From Octopus bimaculoides (lineage: Eukaryota), in contig NC_068988.1 of assembly GCF_001194135.2 (NCBI RefSeq), forward strand, positions 31,137,907 to 31,198,484: a stretch of DNA of 60,578 bases, written 5' to 3'. Made by a program: the position numbers and the translations under genes. Positions 25,746-39,033 of the stretch are shown here, in pieces (position 1 is the stretch's first letter; the number at the start of each line of letters is the position of its first letter). The notes under the pieces are model-generated. The model was given only the letters and a program-made list of their open reading frames with translations, did not search any database and was not told the origin of the DNA.

Positions 25746-26482
25746 AAAAAACCCAGATAAAACAATTAACAAACACAAGACACACTGTATACCGTAAGTA
25801 TCCAATTAAATAATAAAGAACCTTCACAACATGTACTCAACAGACCGGATACCCAACAGAAGAACACAACTCGCATTACACACACAACAAACAATACAAA
25901 CACTAATACAACAGATGTCTGCGATCAAATCCCATAGCAAAAGAAACTGATGCCATACAATGCCAGGAAGAGTTAGCACTACCACCTCTCCCCCCCCCCC
26001 CCAAAAAAAAAGCAAAACAAAACACACACACACACAATGCTGCACATACCCCAGCAACATAGAGATGTAGCAGGTGATACAGTAGAAATCTGCCTAACTC
26101 AATCAAATGTTGAATGATAATAATAATAATGATCAGAAAAGAAACTGAAGAATCTAATAACGGAGCTAAGCAGCAACATCAAGAAAAGCAATTATAGTAG
26201 TTTGTGAGCTGTATTAAAATGAACAGGAATATTCATAAATGTCTGTTCTGAGGTAGAATATTGAACACATTCTGAAGTAAAATTCAATAAAACCAACCGA
26301 AACAATTATCGTTGATACATAAACACACATCTACTATTTTGCTTGAGGGTTGGTTGCAGTTGTCTTTTTCTGATTTAAGCTACAAGTAATATCTGTTTAA
26401 CATTGGCAGTTGAACTGGCCACGTGATTATAGTCTCCGGTGCTTATTATGTTTTCTTTTATTGTTAACTTTATATACTTGTT

Positions 26483-26636
26483 TCAGTCTTTGGCTTGCAG
26501 CCGTGCTGGGGCATAATCTGCACGGGTTCAGTCGAAATGGACCCTAGTACTTATTCTTTAAGTCTGGTACATATTCAATCGTTCTTTTTGCTGAGCGGCG
26601 AAGTAATGGGGATGTAAAAAAAACCAAACTGGTTGC
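26483..26636 (-). mobile_element. SINE 3' portion
   Basis: Homologous to 13565-13725. Confidence 0.7.
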
Positions 26637-26725
26637 CACTCTGTGGTGTAGACAAAAATACGGTCACATACATGCATAATACACACATACATACATACAT
26701 ACATATGTATACTTTCTTCATTTCC

Positions 26726-26772
<47 letters not shown>

Positions 26773-26904
26773 NNNNNNNNNNNNNNNNNNNNNNNNNNNN
26801 NNNNNNNNNNNNNNNNNNNNNNNNNNNNNNNNNNNNNNNNNNNNNNNNNNNNNNNNNNNNNNNNNNNNNNNNNNNATATATATATTTACATCGGGTTTCC
26901 TTTA

Positions 26905-27001
26905 CTAACCCCAACCCTAACCCTTACCCTAACCCTAACCCTAACCCTAACCCTAACCCCTAACCACTAACCCTAACCCCTAACACCTAACCCTAACCCT
27001 A

Positions 27002-27032
<31 letters not shown>

Positions 27033-27576
27033 GCCCTAACCCTAACCCTAAAGCCTAACCCTAACCCTAACCTTAACCCTAACCCTAACCCTAACCCTAA
27101 CCCTAACCCTTACCCTAGCCCTAACCTTAACCCTAACCCTAACCCTTAACCCTAAGCCTAACCCTAACACTTAACCCTAACCCTAACCCTAACCCTTACC
27201 CTAAACCTAACCCTAACCCTAAACCTAACCCTATCCCTATTCCTAACCCTACCCTAACCCTAAACCTAACCCTAACCCTAACACTAACCCTATATTTAAC
27301 CCTAATCCTAACACTAACCCTAACCCTAGCCCTAAATCTAGCCCTAACCGTAACCCTAACCGTAACCCTAATCCTAGCCCTAGCCCTAGCCCTAACCTTA
27401 ACCCTAACCCTAAACCTAACCCTAACCCTAACCCTAAACCTAAACCTAACCCTAATCCGAACCCTAACCCTAAACCCTAACCCTAACCATAACCCTAACC
27501 TTTATCCTAACCCTTACCCTAACCCTAACCCTAACCTTTATCCTAACCCTTACCCTAACCCTAACCCTAACCCTAA
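26905..27576 (-). repeat. Interstitial telomeric-type array, (TTAGGG)n on the minus strand, degenerate
   Basis: About 670 bp of CCCTAA with variants (CCCTAG, CACTAA, CCTTAA, ACCTAA). A 36-bp higher-order duplication lies at the right end. Confidence 0.95.
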
Positions 27577-27579
27577 ATC

Positions 27580-27669
27580 TGTCGGTTCGCAGCTATAGTG
27601 GATGACATTTCGCCAAGATGCCGCGCATGGTTTGGAATCAAACTTTTTGACCACGCAGCCAAACCTGCG
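27580..27669 (-). mobile_element. Truncated, internally deleted SINE family B head abutting the telomeric array
   Basis: Reverse complement CGCAGGTTTGGCTGCGTGGTC...TGCGCGGCATCTTGGCGAAATGTCATCCACTATAGC aligns with 9554-9812. Confidence 0.7.
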
Positions 27670-28265
27670 ACTAGCGTATGTGCGCCCACGGAGGAAATTA
27701 AATGTTTGAATATTTCACCCACATACATGAGTACACTTAATAAAACTTGAGGCCGATTTAGCTTGACAAGACATGTGAAATAGTTGGAGTTTTGAGTTAC
27801 AAGCACATATATAGTACGTCGTGAGTTCGATTCCTAGACCAGGCGGAGCGTTATATCCTTCAGCAAGACTCTTCATTCCGCGTTTTAGAAGCCTATTTAA
27901 CTGAAAATGAGTACCAGCCGATATCTGGTGCTGTTTTCTCTCCCACCAGTTGTCACATTCTAGATGTTTTTCTAGGTGAAAGGTGGAAGGTGTGAGAGGG
28001 TGTTCATGTCCGACTACATAGAGACCTAAAAATTTGCGAGTGACGGCTAAGTTTCATAATGCATACATGCATAAATACATGCACTTACATTCCCACCCCA
28101 GTATATATATATATATATATATNNNNNNNNNNNNNNNNNNNNNNNNNNNNNNNNNNNNNNNNNNNGAGGATGTAGCAAATGTTAACATAGAGTGGTGAAT
28201 AAATCGATATATCGAATTTGAAGTCTCTGTCTCTTTTGAATATGAAAATTTAAAAGTTAAAAACC

Positions 28266-28307
<42 letters not shown>

Positions 28308-28334
28308 TCTATCTATATATCTATCTACATGACA

Positions 28335-28478
28335 GTTTCCTGCACAAGGTGCATCGATCTAATTTAATTTACAAGGTACTGGTCAACCTGAAAACACTTG
28401 GCGAAGGTGACACAGTGTTTTCTAACCCGAAACAATGACACTGAAAAGCGAACTGCTTAACCACACGTCCACACCTAT
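28335..28478 (-). mobile_element. Degenerate SINE family B
   Basis: Reverse complement AGGTGTGGACGTGTGGTTAAGCAGTTCGCTT...CACCTTCGCCAAGTG. Confidence 0.55.
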
Positions 28479-29747
28479 CACCATCACAAATAGATTTATT
28501 ATGTTCGTTCAAAACTTAGAGATTAACAAAAATATACAGGACATCGGGAATCCTAAAAATAATATCACCTTGACATATATATCACTACTATGTATTTTCA
28601 ATATGGTTGATAGGAAATACATAATTTATGCTTCAGCGAATACCATGTTATCTGGGTCAGAAAAAAATCCCTGGTGGCGTCTTTAGAATTCTAATCCTAA
28701 CATTTGCTCCATATTTAGGATATTTACTTTTATCTATCTGTAGACCGGTGATAGCAAGAGCCTATATACGCAAATAAATGATATTAAGAATAGTCCCTTG
28801 CATTTTCCAACCTATGAACTTTTAATTTAATATAAATATTTTATGCTTTTAGAAACGGTAAGAAAATGTTACACAAGACACGTAAGCTAATACGGAGACA
28901 TATTACAAGAGGAAACAATAAGTCATGATTATCGGATTGAGCACTCAGTATATGTTACTCTAGGGTTGTGAGACTTTATAAGTTGGATTTTGGTAGAAAA
29001 GTTGTAAATAAGTTTGAGGCGCATGAAAGTAGATCAATCAGCACTGACGTGTATATATTCTTTCAAATACAAACGAGAGGTGCTACACCAACTCAAGTAG
29101 ACAACAGTCGCATTTCAGGCACAACACACCCAAGAAAATCCATAGATTTTGGATTTGGCACTTAAAGTGTATCACGGCTTCAGAAATAAGAAACTAATAG
29201 ACTTCCTTCATTCACAGAGCTATTGCACAGTATACGGCCGGTCAATTCTCTTGGAAAAAGCTATAGATAAAGATGTGTAAAGAAGAATTTTCGATGAACT
29301 ACGCAAAACACCATTTTAAAGAGAAAATCTGTGTTGTTTTCGATTGAGAATATAGACTTAAACTAGGACACACCTGATGGGAAATTTTCCTCACACGAGA
29401 AATCACTGCAGTGTATTAGAAGGTCATAGTATCCAGTGATTAAGAATGTATTGTCGTCTCATATTATGTACCCATCAAGCCATGTAGCAAACCAAAAGAT
29501 GAAAAGAACAGGAAAGAACAAGAATGCGAGGTCAACACTACAGGAGCTGTTAAACTCTGTGGACTGATCAGCTTTTGTTAGATCATAGAATATAAAAATA
29601 GTGGAGACAGAACAGTGCTTCTGTCTAACTGGGTTCAATTCAAGTCGCTCTTGTTATTTGACCCAAGTCAGTGAATTTCAGCTGCTGTTAGAGTGGGCTA
29701 TAATGCTGACTGTAATTCTACAAAATCCAAGATGGAGCTTTTAAACG

Positions 29748-29880
29748 TTGATGGAGAACACCCAATAGAGATTACTCTCGATATGGGCTTTACATGAAAA
29801 GGTAGCGCAGTTGATTTTTTTTACAAGGGATGAACTTGAATGAGAAGTTCTTCCCAGAATGAATGTGATACATTCCCAGG
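29748..29880. repeat. Unclassified dispersed repeat, paralogous to 35545-35665
   Basis: Both carry GAACACCCAAT.G.GATTACTCTCGATATGG.CTTTACATGAAAA...CAAGGGATGAA. Confidence 0.8.
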
Positions 29881-30472
29881 ATGAATGATGGCTGAGTGAG
29901 CGAAGTATGTGTATTGAAAATTGATGAAATAGAGAAAGAGGTTGATGTCTATAATTCCTCCACAGCATGACTTCCTTAAATGTAAGCACTAAAACAGAAT
30001 TCGTACGTGGCTCTGTAGAAACGTCTCATTGACAAAATTTTTCTCAGAGAATCAAACTTTTAATCCATCTACTGCTTTTTATCTTATAAACCGATATCTA
30101 GAACTTCAATCAATGACCCCTTATTATTTTATACAGTTATATATATNNNNNNNNNNNNNNNNNNNNNNNNNNNNNNNNNNNNNNNNNNNNNNNNNNNNNN
30201 NNNNNNNNNNNNNNNNNNNNNNNNNNNNNNNNNNNNNNNNNNNNNNNNNNNNNNNNNNNNNNNNNNNNNNNNNNNNNNNNNNNNNNNNNNNNNNNNNNNN
30301 NNNNNNNNNNNNNNNNNNNNNNNNNNNNNNNNNNNNNNNNNNNNNNNNNNNNNNNNNNNNNNNNNNNNNNNNNNNNNNNNNNNNNNNNNNNNNNNNNNNN
30401 NNNNNNNNNNNNNNNNNNNNNNNNNNNNNNNNNNNNNNNNNNNNNNNNNNNNNNNNNNNNNNNNNNNNNNNN

Positions 30473-30551
<79 letters not shown>

Positions 30552-31527
30552 ATCTCCCACCACCGTACTGGGATCGATTCATTTGACTAAAAGTTATTTA
30601 AGGCGGCGCCCCAGCATGGCCACAGTCTAACGACTGAAACAGATAAAAAATAAACGGTAACTAACATAAAACGAATGTTTAAAATAACTTTGTTTCTCCC
30701 ATTTCTATTATTCTGAGCACTATACAGAAGCTTTAATTTGATTTCTTGGCTCAGAAAACATAGGTCTAACAGATCTCATTAGATTGACTAAAAGCCGAGA
30801 GCGCGCAAAATATGGTGTTTGACAGTGACTACTTTGAACATTCGAAGTGTTATATAGGTGTTTATACAAAATCCTGCTCAAAATTTTGGATTCCCCATCG
30901 ACTCTGGTGATTCGAAAAATGCACAGGTTAATTAATTTCGAAATATTTTGATTGAAAGTATAATTCTTAACGTAGTGAGCCGGGATGCGTATATGTTCTC
31001 TGATAGCATGAGCACTTAGAATGTTGTTTTTTTGATAATTCTACGTGCATATACACTTGTAGATAATAACTCAATTATTAGCAGTTAAAAATAATGAGTT
31101 CTGATTTGAATTTAATCTGGTCTGGGTATATTTTCAGGCATAACAAACCTGAAGACGACTGGCGAAGAGAATGATGGTAAAATAGGATAGATGTCGATAT
31201 TGTAAATATACACTTATATAGCGGAAAATTATGATAGACATTCAGTCTCTTATGTCTGATCTTCTGTAGTTGGTACGTATGAAATGTGTGATCTGTCTCT
31301 TCTCTCGAAGATATTCATTTTAATATCTGTTGTGTACCAACGAAGGAGATCTGTATAGTTGTGAGAAATAGCTGTTAAATCTCCAAGGTACACACTATAA
31401 ATGTGGTACTAGATACACTCACTGAATAAAAAAACCCGGAACATATATATTGAATGATTTTATTGTAGGTTTTTTCTACTAGGACAGACCTGAAGGTAAA
31501 CTACTACTATTACTACTACTACTACTG

Positions 31528-31583
<56 letters not shown>

Positions 31584-31590
31584 GGTTTTT

Positions 31591-32233
31591 GATATAGATA
31601 CAAGATCTGAAATTTTCAAGGGAAGAGCTTAGACGTTACCATCGAGCTCAGTACTTGGCTATTACTTTATTTTATTGATCCCGAAGGTCGAAAGGCAAAG
31701 TTGATTTCGGCGGGGCTTGAACTCAAAACGCAGAGAGCCGGAAGTAATGTTGCTAATCATTTTGTCCAATACGCTAACAATTCTGCTAGCTCGCCGCCTT
31801 AATTCTTTCTACAATAGCCACGAGGCCTGAAATTTTGGGTAAGGGAGCTAGTCGATTACATCGAGCTCAGTGCTCGACTGGTACTTGTTTCATCGAGCAC
31901 GAAAGGATGAAAGGCTAAGTCAACTTCAGTGGAATTTGAACTCAGACGGTAAAACCGAAAGAAATGCCGCTCAGCATATAGTCCTGTGTGCCAACGATTC
32001 TACCAGCTCGCCACCTTACGCCGACTTTCTAATCCGTTCTACTATAGGTCTGAAATTTTTGGGGAGAGGGGTGATCGAGTACATTGGCACCAGTACTTGA
32101 TTTACACTTATTTTATCAACCCTGAAAGGATAAAAGGTAAAGTTGACAGCAGCGGGTTTTGAACTCAGAACGTAAAGCGCTGAAATTCTTACTCGAAGCC
32201 ATTTTATATAACGCTCAAACGATCCTGCTAATC
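31591..32233 (-). mobile_element. Train of three SINE family A copies after a (CTA)n tract
   Basis: Copies at about 31591-31801, 31803-32018 and 32031-32233; heads AAGGCGGCGAGCTAGC and AAGGTGGCGAGCTGG on the minus strand. Confidence 0.85.
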
Positions 32234-32982
32234 CCTCGCATTGCGTTCCTGAATACTTAAAACAACTTGCATCAGATCATCTAGCTGAGCACTTAAGTGT
32301 AGATGCTTAACTATATGGAACTCTTTGGGATAGAATTCCTGTGAATATTTTTGGTTCAAGGTACAGAATACAGATTTTGTGGGTTGTTTTAAAAGAAATA
32401 TGCATTTAGAAAACATTAACAAACAGCTGCATTTATGATTTTATAATGTATTCGTTTATTAACAAAATATAATTATCTTCTTTGTAGAGGACTCGATTGC
32501 ATATTCACTTTATTTATTGAAAAGTCTTAATGCTTTTTTTTGTTCTTATACCGTTTCAATCTCCTGTTCTATCTTATCATTTTTTTCAGTTAAATGTCGT
32601 TTATGTTCTATTTGCATATGTGCTCTGAGAGTGATTGTGTAATATTTTGTTTGCGTGAAATAACGCGCCTGTATTTCTTAAATATTGTGAGTATATTTCT
32701 ATTTATATCTTTAAAATATTTGTTTGAAAGTGTCTTGTTTTTTGGGTTTGGGATTAGATTTCTAAACCAATTAAAAAATATTTACACTTTATCTCCAGCT
32801 GCTTAAACATTATACCTCTGGTTATAAATGATGAATGTATCTATTCTTAAATATCAACAAGTATTATGTTCAATGCATTGCAGCAGCGTTTCTATGGGAG
32901 CAGTCAAAATATTGAATACCTCTACCTTACTTTTTGTATTCAATTAAATCAATATCTTCAGATATTGAGATATTGGTTTCAA

Positions 32983-33187
32983 ATTTTTGGCACAAAACCT
33001 GCAATTTAGGGTGAGCGTTAAGTCGATTACATCGATCTCAGTGCTCAACTGATATTTATTTCATCGACCCCGAAAAGATGAAAGGCAAAGTCGGCCTCGG
33101 CGGAACTTGAAGTCAGAACATGTAGACCGATGAAGTGTTTCTAAGCGTTTTGCCCAGCGCGCTAACCATTTTGCCAGCTCGCCGTCT
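32983..33187 (-). mobile_element. SINE family A
   Basis: ATCGACCCCGAAAAGATGAAAGGCAAAGTCGGCCTCGGCGGAA...GCCAGCTCGCCG. Confidence 0.85.
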
Positions 33188-34849
33188 TAGGCTATCTTCA
33201 GATATCAAGTCAATTTTTAACATTTCTTCTGTTCTTTTGGAAAATATAGACCGATCAACAGAATTATTTGAGGCATTTAGTTATTACCATTTTCGTTCTG
33301 TGTTCAAATCTTGCCAATGTGATTTTTTACCTTTTCATCTTATTTTCGTGTCAATTTGAATCTTAATAATGAATTTTGGGATCAGATATCGATTTAGTCA
33401 ATTGATAATGTCTCCTTGTACAAAGGATTACTGCTGAAAATCCCGGACAAAACTTTTGGTGTTGTTAGCACTTTAAGTAATGATGAACCTCTGGAGTGCT
33501 CAGCCACTTCTACGTTAACTTGATGAGCAGGCTTTTCCGTCCGTTGGACCAACTGGAACCTTTATCTTCGTAACTGATCGAATTCTAGTGAGAACCATGT
33601 CTGAGGTCAAAAGCAACTTTTTGTCTCATTAGGATGTAGGGCATTAAAGCAAAATGGAAAAGTCACACAAAAATACGAAGCTGCAAGTACATTTAGCGCT
33701 CGAAAACCTGATTTGTCCAGATATAAGGAAATATATATTCTATGTTTATAAAAGGCCACAATAAAAGAAGTTGCAGAAATGAACGTGATTTTCGTTAGGT
33801 ATGGAAGTAAAGTCACCAGCTTAATAATCTCATATTGCTAAATCCGGACATGATACACCTTCAATTAGACAAGAATTTGCAGAACACCTCTGTACGACTA
33901 AGAAGCTGGTGTACCTTTCAGTCGCAGCAGGCTGGCATTGATGTTTCTGAAAGGTCTTAAAATAGAGACAGAAACAGTTTTACTGAACTTGAATGGTAAG
34001 TCAGAGACTGTCGTGGTGAACGGCAATCGTTTGTAATACGTGTAGGCCAAAAGATCAGACTGCTTCACTTTCCTTAGTTACTGTGTGTCACTGGATGATA
34101 TCGTACATATTGACTTAGTTCCTGTATGAGAAACTGATAAAAGTAAGAAATGTAAGTGCCTAACAAACCTGCTTAGATAGATCCAACTGTTTGACAACTA
34201 GCAAATAAATTTTCTGGATTTGCTAATACGGAATTGAATAAATCACGAGCAGATCTATTATAGATAAAACGATAATTCTTGTGAAGAAGAGGCGATAGAA
34301 AACTGTATATTGGATGAGGTGTTGGTAAATCAGAAGAGGATCTTATAAAAAAAAAAACATCGTCAGCTATGCGCTGTAGAGAGAGAGAGAGAGAGAGAGA
34401 NNNNNNNNNNNNNNNNNNNNNNNNNNNNNNNNNNNNNNNNNNNNNNNNNNNNNNNNNNNNNNNNNNNNNNNNNNNNNNNNNNNNNNNNNNNNNNNNNNNN
34501 NNNNNNNNNNNNNNNNNNNNNNNNNNNNNNNNNNNNNNNNNNNNNNNNNNNNNNNNNNNNNNNNNNNNNNNNNNNNNNNNNNNNNNNNNNNNNNNNNNNN
34601 NNNNNNNNNNNNNNNNNNNNNNNGAGAGAGAGAGAGAGAGGGTCTAGATCTGACTATAGATATGAATTCAGTGGCGCGCTGATTAACATGAAACACTACT
34701 TTAAAACATTCCACGGAGTCGACCATCGGTACTTGGTGACTGCGATAACTGTGTTGTGCAGCTGCATTTGCTCATCTGGTACCTGGAATGTTGTTGGGGG
34801 CCCACAGTTGTCCACTGAAAAAGGCACACTAGTCATTATATAAAGGGAA

Positions 34850-35520
34850 TAGTGACCCTGAACAAAGTAGTTTATCCAGGAGAATAAGTCCAGGATCTAT
34901 GGACAACTTCCAGAAAGTCCAGGATCTATGGACAACTTCCAGAAATACTACAGGGAGACCACCTTTTCGTATATGTTGGGAAGGAAGTTCTGTCAGTAGG
35001 TATGTCCGAAAGCAATGAAAACATTTTCCCACGCATTAATTCAATGTCCGAACACATTGCTGACTTGTGGAACTACGTTGGAATATATTGCACGGGCTTG
35101 TTGGAATATATAGCACGGGTCTGTTTTTATCTACAAAGTTCCTTGGCAATATTTCCGTACCACTCAACTTCGGTTAGAAGAGGTAGGAAATTTTCCTCTG
35201 TCTAAAAGTTGTGATGACTGAGGGTGAATGTTGGATCGGCTGGAAAGCATGGAAGACAGACTTCTTTATACAGCCATGAACTCTTTTTCTAAAGGGAAAA
35301 GTGAGGATGGAGATGGAAATGATCTGCACTTACGAAAATGGTTTAAAGTCGCAGAAAGGAATATACCCTAAGAGGAAGATGTTAGATGTTTTGGTGCGCC
35401 CTCATCTTCCCTAGGTGTTGGTATATAACCCCATTGTGTGTCATTTGCTAGTATATATTGTGATTAAAATGCTTAATGCTTTCATGTTGTACTATTTTTC
35501 CCTCCTTCCCATTTATGCAC
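34850..35520 (+). mobile_element. Possible L1/Tx1-like LINE 3' end with a 29-bp tandem duplication
   Basis: Frameshifted CP...SHALIQCP...IADLWNYV resembles the zf-RVT C..C...ET..HAL..CP...W motif. 29-bp unit at 34886 and 34915. Putative 3' UTR repeated at 35808-35920. Confidence 0.4.
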
Positions 35521-35939
35521 AAGTCGAACCTCTTAATCGCTGGTGAAGAACACCCAATGGTGATTACTCTCGATATGGTCTTTACATGAAAAAGTGGTGC
35601 AGTTGCTCTTCTCAAGGGATGAAATGGATGAACTTAAACGCGAAATTCTTCCCATGCTGAATGAGATACACAATGGTGACTGAGGTAACGAGATATGTGA
35701 GGATAGAAATGGAGGGTTTGACCCCACGAAAATGGTTTAAATGCATACATACGTATGCATTTTTACCAGGATATAGTAGAAAGACGTTTAGTCTCTTAAG
35801 AAGAAGGCGTTAGGTATTTTGGTGTCTCCCCATTTACCCTAGGTGTATGTACGTTTGTTGGTATATATTGTAATTAAAATTTGAATGTTTTCGTGTTGTT
35901 TCTCTCTTCCCCATTTACACACATCCCTGTGTGTTTTTG

Positions 35940-36085
35940 AAAATGGTGTGCGTAAACTTAAACCCTACACTGATTTGCTCCGTAAGATCGGTATGACGGC
36001 GGCCTGTATGAGAAATGAGACCTACAGGATGGTGTGGCTGTTGCAGCGAGTGTCGTTGGGCATTCTCCGCGGCAGTATATTTGCT
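35940..36085 (+). mobile_element. Possible CRE-like non-LTR retrotransposon C-terminus
   Basis: LLQRVSLGILRGSIFAI resembles the L.QR.S.A.QRGN...I ending of CRE-type ORFs. Weak. Confidence 0.3.
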
Positions 36086-36086
36086 A

Positions 36087-36303
36087 TTATGAAGGCGGTG
36101 AGCTGGCAGAATCGTTAGCACACAGAGCAAAATGCTTAGCGGCATTTCATCCGTCTTTATGTTCAGAGTTCAAATGCTGCCGTGGTTGACTTTGATTTTC
36201 ATCCTTTAGGATGAAATACGTTCCAGTTAAAAATGGGATCAATTACGTCGACTAGTCTCTTTCCCCCAAATTTCAGGCCTCGTGCCTAAAACAGAAAGGA
36301 TTA
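36087..36303 (+). mobile_element. SINE family A, full length (duplicated at 39097-39312)
   Basis: AAGGCGGTGAGCTGGCAGAATCG head through AGAAAGGA(TTA)n tail. Confidence 0.9.
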
Positions 36304-36334
36304 TTATTATTATTATTATCATCATTATTATTAT

Positions 36335-36564
36335 TATAGACGTCGCACAGTATGCAATATCGTGAAGTTGTAGATTGAAAAGATTGTGTCTACCGGGGGT
36401 TTGTACTGTTTGTACTGTTTGTCAAATCGCAACAAGGACCTCAGACAGACAATACTTTACGCAATATGCGTGCAGTTCCAAGTAATGCCGACTTTTGCAA
36501 TACATCTAGATTGTAGGGTATTTCTAAGGTTTTCAGATTGGGTGGTATTGAATCCAATGCTCCG
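36335..36564 (-). mobile_element. R4/Dong-type LINE 3' end
   Basis: GALDSIPPNLKTLEIPYNLDVLQKSALLGTARILRKVLSV*, then a short 3' UTR and (ATA)n tail. Confidence 0.85.
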
Positions 36565-38095
36565 TAAGTCCTGGGGTCGATTTGTTCGACTAAAGACGGT
36601 GCTCCAGCATGACTGCAGTCAGATGACTGGAACAAGTAAAAGAATAAAAGAATTCGACATACATATTTTCATTGTGGGCAATATCTTATTTCTATTGTGG
36701 ATGATAAAAATAATATAGACTTGAATTAAATTGAACGTCGTTTGAATGAACAATTCCAAAAACATTTGCCATACTTGAATATAATAAGGGCTATACTTTA
36801 CACATCGACTTTTAAGCTTGAACTGTCTACCTAAACCAACTGTTGAAAAACTAGGCACACCAGTGTCAAATGCATTTGATTTCTTTCAAAATTTTACAAT
36901 TTCCAAAATTTGAAATGTATGCCTTCTGGCATGTTTACTTAGTATCAGATATTTGTATGCTGTAACGAGACAAAAGAGAGAGACCTCGACCTTGACAAGA
37001 GAGATTTCACTCTATTTTACGTTGTAAACATTTTACAGCTATATAAGGCGTACTGTATATCGCTGTAAAATATAAACCCTGTAAAAGGGATTGATTAGAG
37101 AGGTATTGCTTATTTCTGCAAGTTGAAGGAAAAGAATATAATTGACCTGTAGTTCTTTTCAAGGTAGTACGGAGAAAGAAACTTACGATGAATAATAAAA
37201 GGAAAACAGAGGTTATTGGTGTTGTTTGTTTTTTGTTATTTATGTTATTGTTTAGATCACTTCTTAGAGAGCTGACACATAATTATAGGCATTCCGTGCA
37301 TGACCATCCCATCTTCCTTTATTTTCCTTTATTAACTGAAACTACATTGTCTTACGTCGCCTTTCTTTCCGAAGACGAAATGTATGGTTTGGCTGCTAAA
37401 ATTAACGGGCAGAGCGATATACTAAGAGGCTGCCTCGACTGTCAATGTGATTTTCTCTTCGAATATATATTTTTCGAAGATTACTGTATCCAAGAGGACA
37501 ATCAATGAGTTGTAGATCGTCAGGGGAAATAATCATTGCAAGAGTGGTCACAGTCTTCAATATTGTTCCCAGTTCCCGTTTATATTCAACACATAAATAA
37601 ATTTGCCAGTTTTAACGCTTGGTAAGCAATATTGTGATTTCTTTAAGATAAGCCTGTGTATTTCGCTCAGTGGTATATCACTGTAATTAGCAGTAGACAA
37701 CAGGTAGTGATGGATTAATCATGTTGGTAAAACAGATTAGCACTGAAACCGTAAGAACTAAATGAAAAGAAATAGGGAATAAACGTAAAAACAGATGAAA
37801 AGATAATGACTAGAAGATTCAAAAATATTATTCAATATTTGCAGTAAATTGTATTTCGACAATAATATGATACTTAGAAGAAAATTACGTTGTGTGAAAT
37901 AGTGTTTTCAGCCAATGGTTTGAATCGCTTTGAATTATTGTGGCTATCAGGAATGTGTGTGTGTGTGTGTGCGTGCGTGCGTGCTTGTGTGCGTTTGTGT
38001 GTGTGTGTGCGTGTGTGTGTGTGTGTGTGTGTNNNNNNNNNNNNNNNNNNNNNNNNNNNNNNNNNNNNNNNNNNNNNNNNNNNNNNNNNNNNNNN

Positions 38096-38142
<47 letters not shown>

Positions 38143-38326
38143 CAGTGCCAGTCACATCTAGCATTTGTGTAAACAGCAACTGTTCAAAGTAGATGATAGC
38201 AATCATTTCAGTAAATTGTTTTTCTTCTTGAGTTGCTGTTACGAATGTGAAGATAAGAAATCCTCTTTAAATGAAAGTGTCTCTGGAATATTGAAGGTTC
38301 TGTTTACAACACATCAAATGATAGAC

Positions 38327-38391
<65 letters not shown>

Positions 38392-38429
38392 AATAATAAT
38401 AATAATAATAATAATAATTATTATTATAA

Positions 38430-38489
<60 letters not shown>

Positions 38490-38711
38490 TCAACAACAAC
38501 AATAATATATTCTGATAGAGGTACTAAAAGAAAGAATTTGAGAATCAGGAGTGGTATATATCCGATTACGGTGACCCTATATTTGTCTACTACTTATTTT
38601 TAACAACTACAAAATGATCAAAGGCCATGTTCACTGCGACAGAATGTAAATGCCACAAGGAACTATGACCATTGCGCAACTGATTTTATTATCCACATCC
38701 TTTAAATGATG

Positions 38712-38753
<42 letters not shown>

Positions 38754-38759
38754 TGGCTA

Positions 38760-39033
38760 CTATGCCGTAAGTATAGATATGAGGTTACGGGTGTTTGGTA
38801 CCAACATATACCGGAAAAGGTAAATGATAAAAAGATGAAGGCAAATATCCTCTGAGACTTTGATATCCAGGCACAGTGTTAGAGCATCGAAGGCCGGATA
38901 CAGTAACCTTTAGGAAAAACAAACAGGAATGCTTAATAATCGGCGTAACAGTGCCAGGAGATCAACGCATCATCATGAAAGAAAGAGAAAAAGTTGATAA
39001 ATATGGAGATCTGAGAATTGAGATCGCTAAGAT
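38760..39033 (+). mobile_element. R4/Dong-type LINE restriction-like endonuclease fragment
   Basis: WYQHIPEKV...IL*DFDIQ...EHRRPDTV...CLIIGVTVPGD...KEREKVDKYGDLRIEIAK (RLE PD..D..K signature), directly after (TAA)n. Confidence 0.85.

Noticed and set aside
26905-27576. True chromosome end
   Set aside because: The array is degenerate and has non-telomeric sequence on both sides within the same contig.
31148-31170. CTGAAGA...CGAA hammerhead-like string
   Set aside because: No stem II pairing and no NUH/stem I.
32228-32422. Protein-like short ORF (EFYPKEFHIVKHLHLSAQLDDLMQVVLSIQERNARD)
   Set aside because: No recognisable motif, weak acceptor, no partner exons.
37188-37508. 106-aa ORF
   Set aside because: No domain similarity recognised; the length is compatible with chance.
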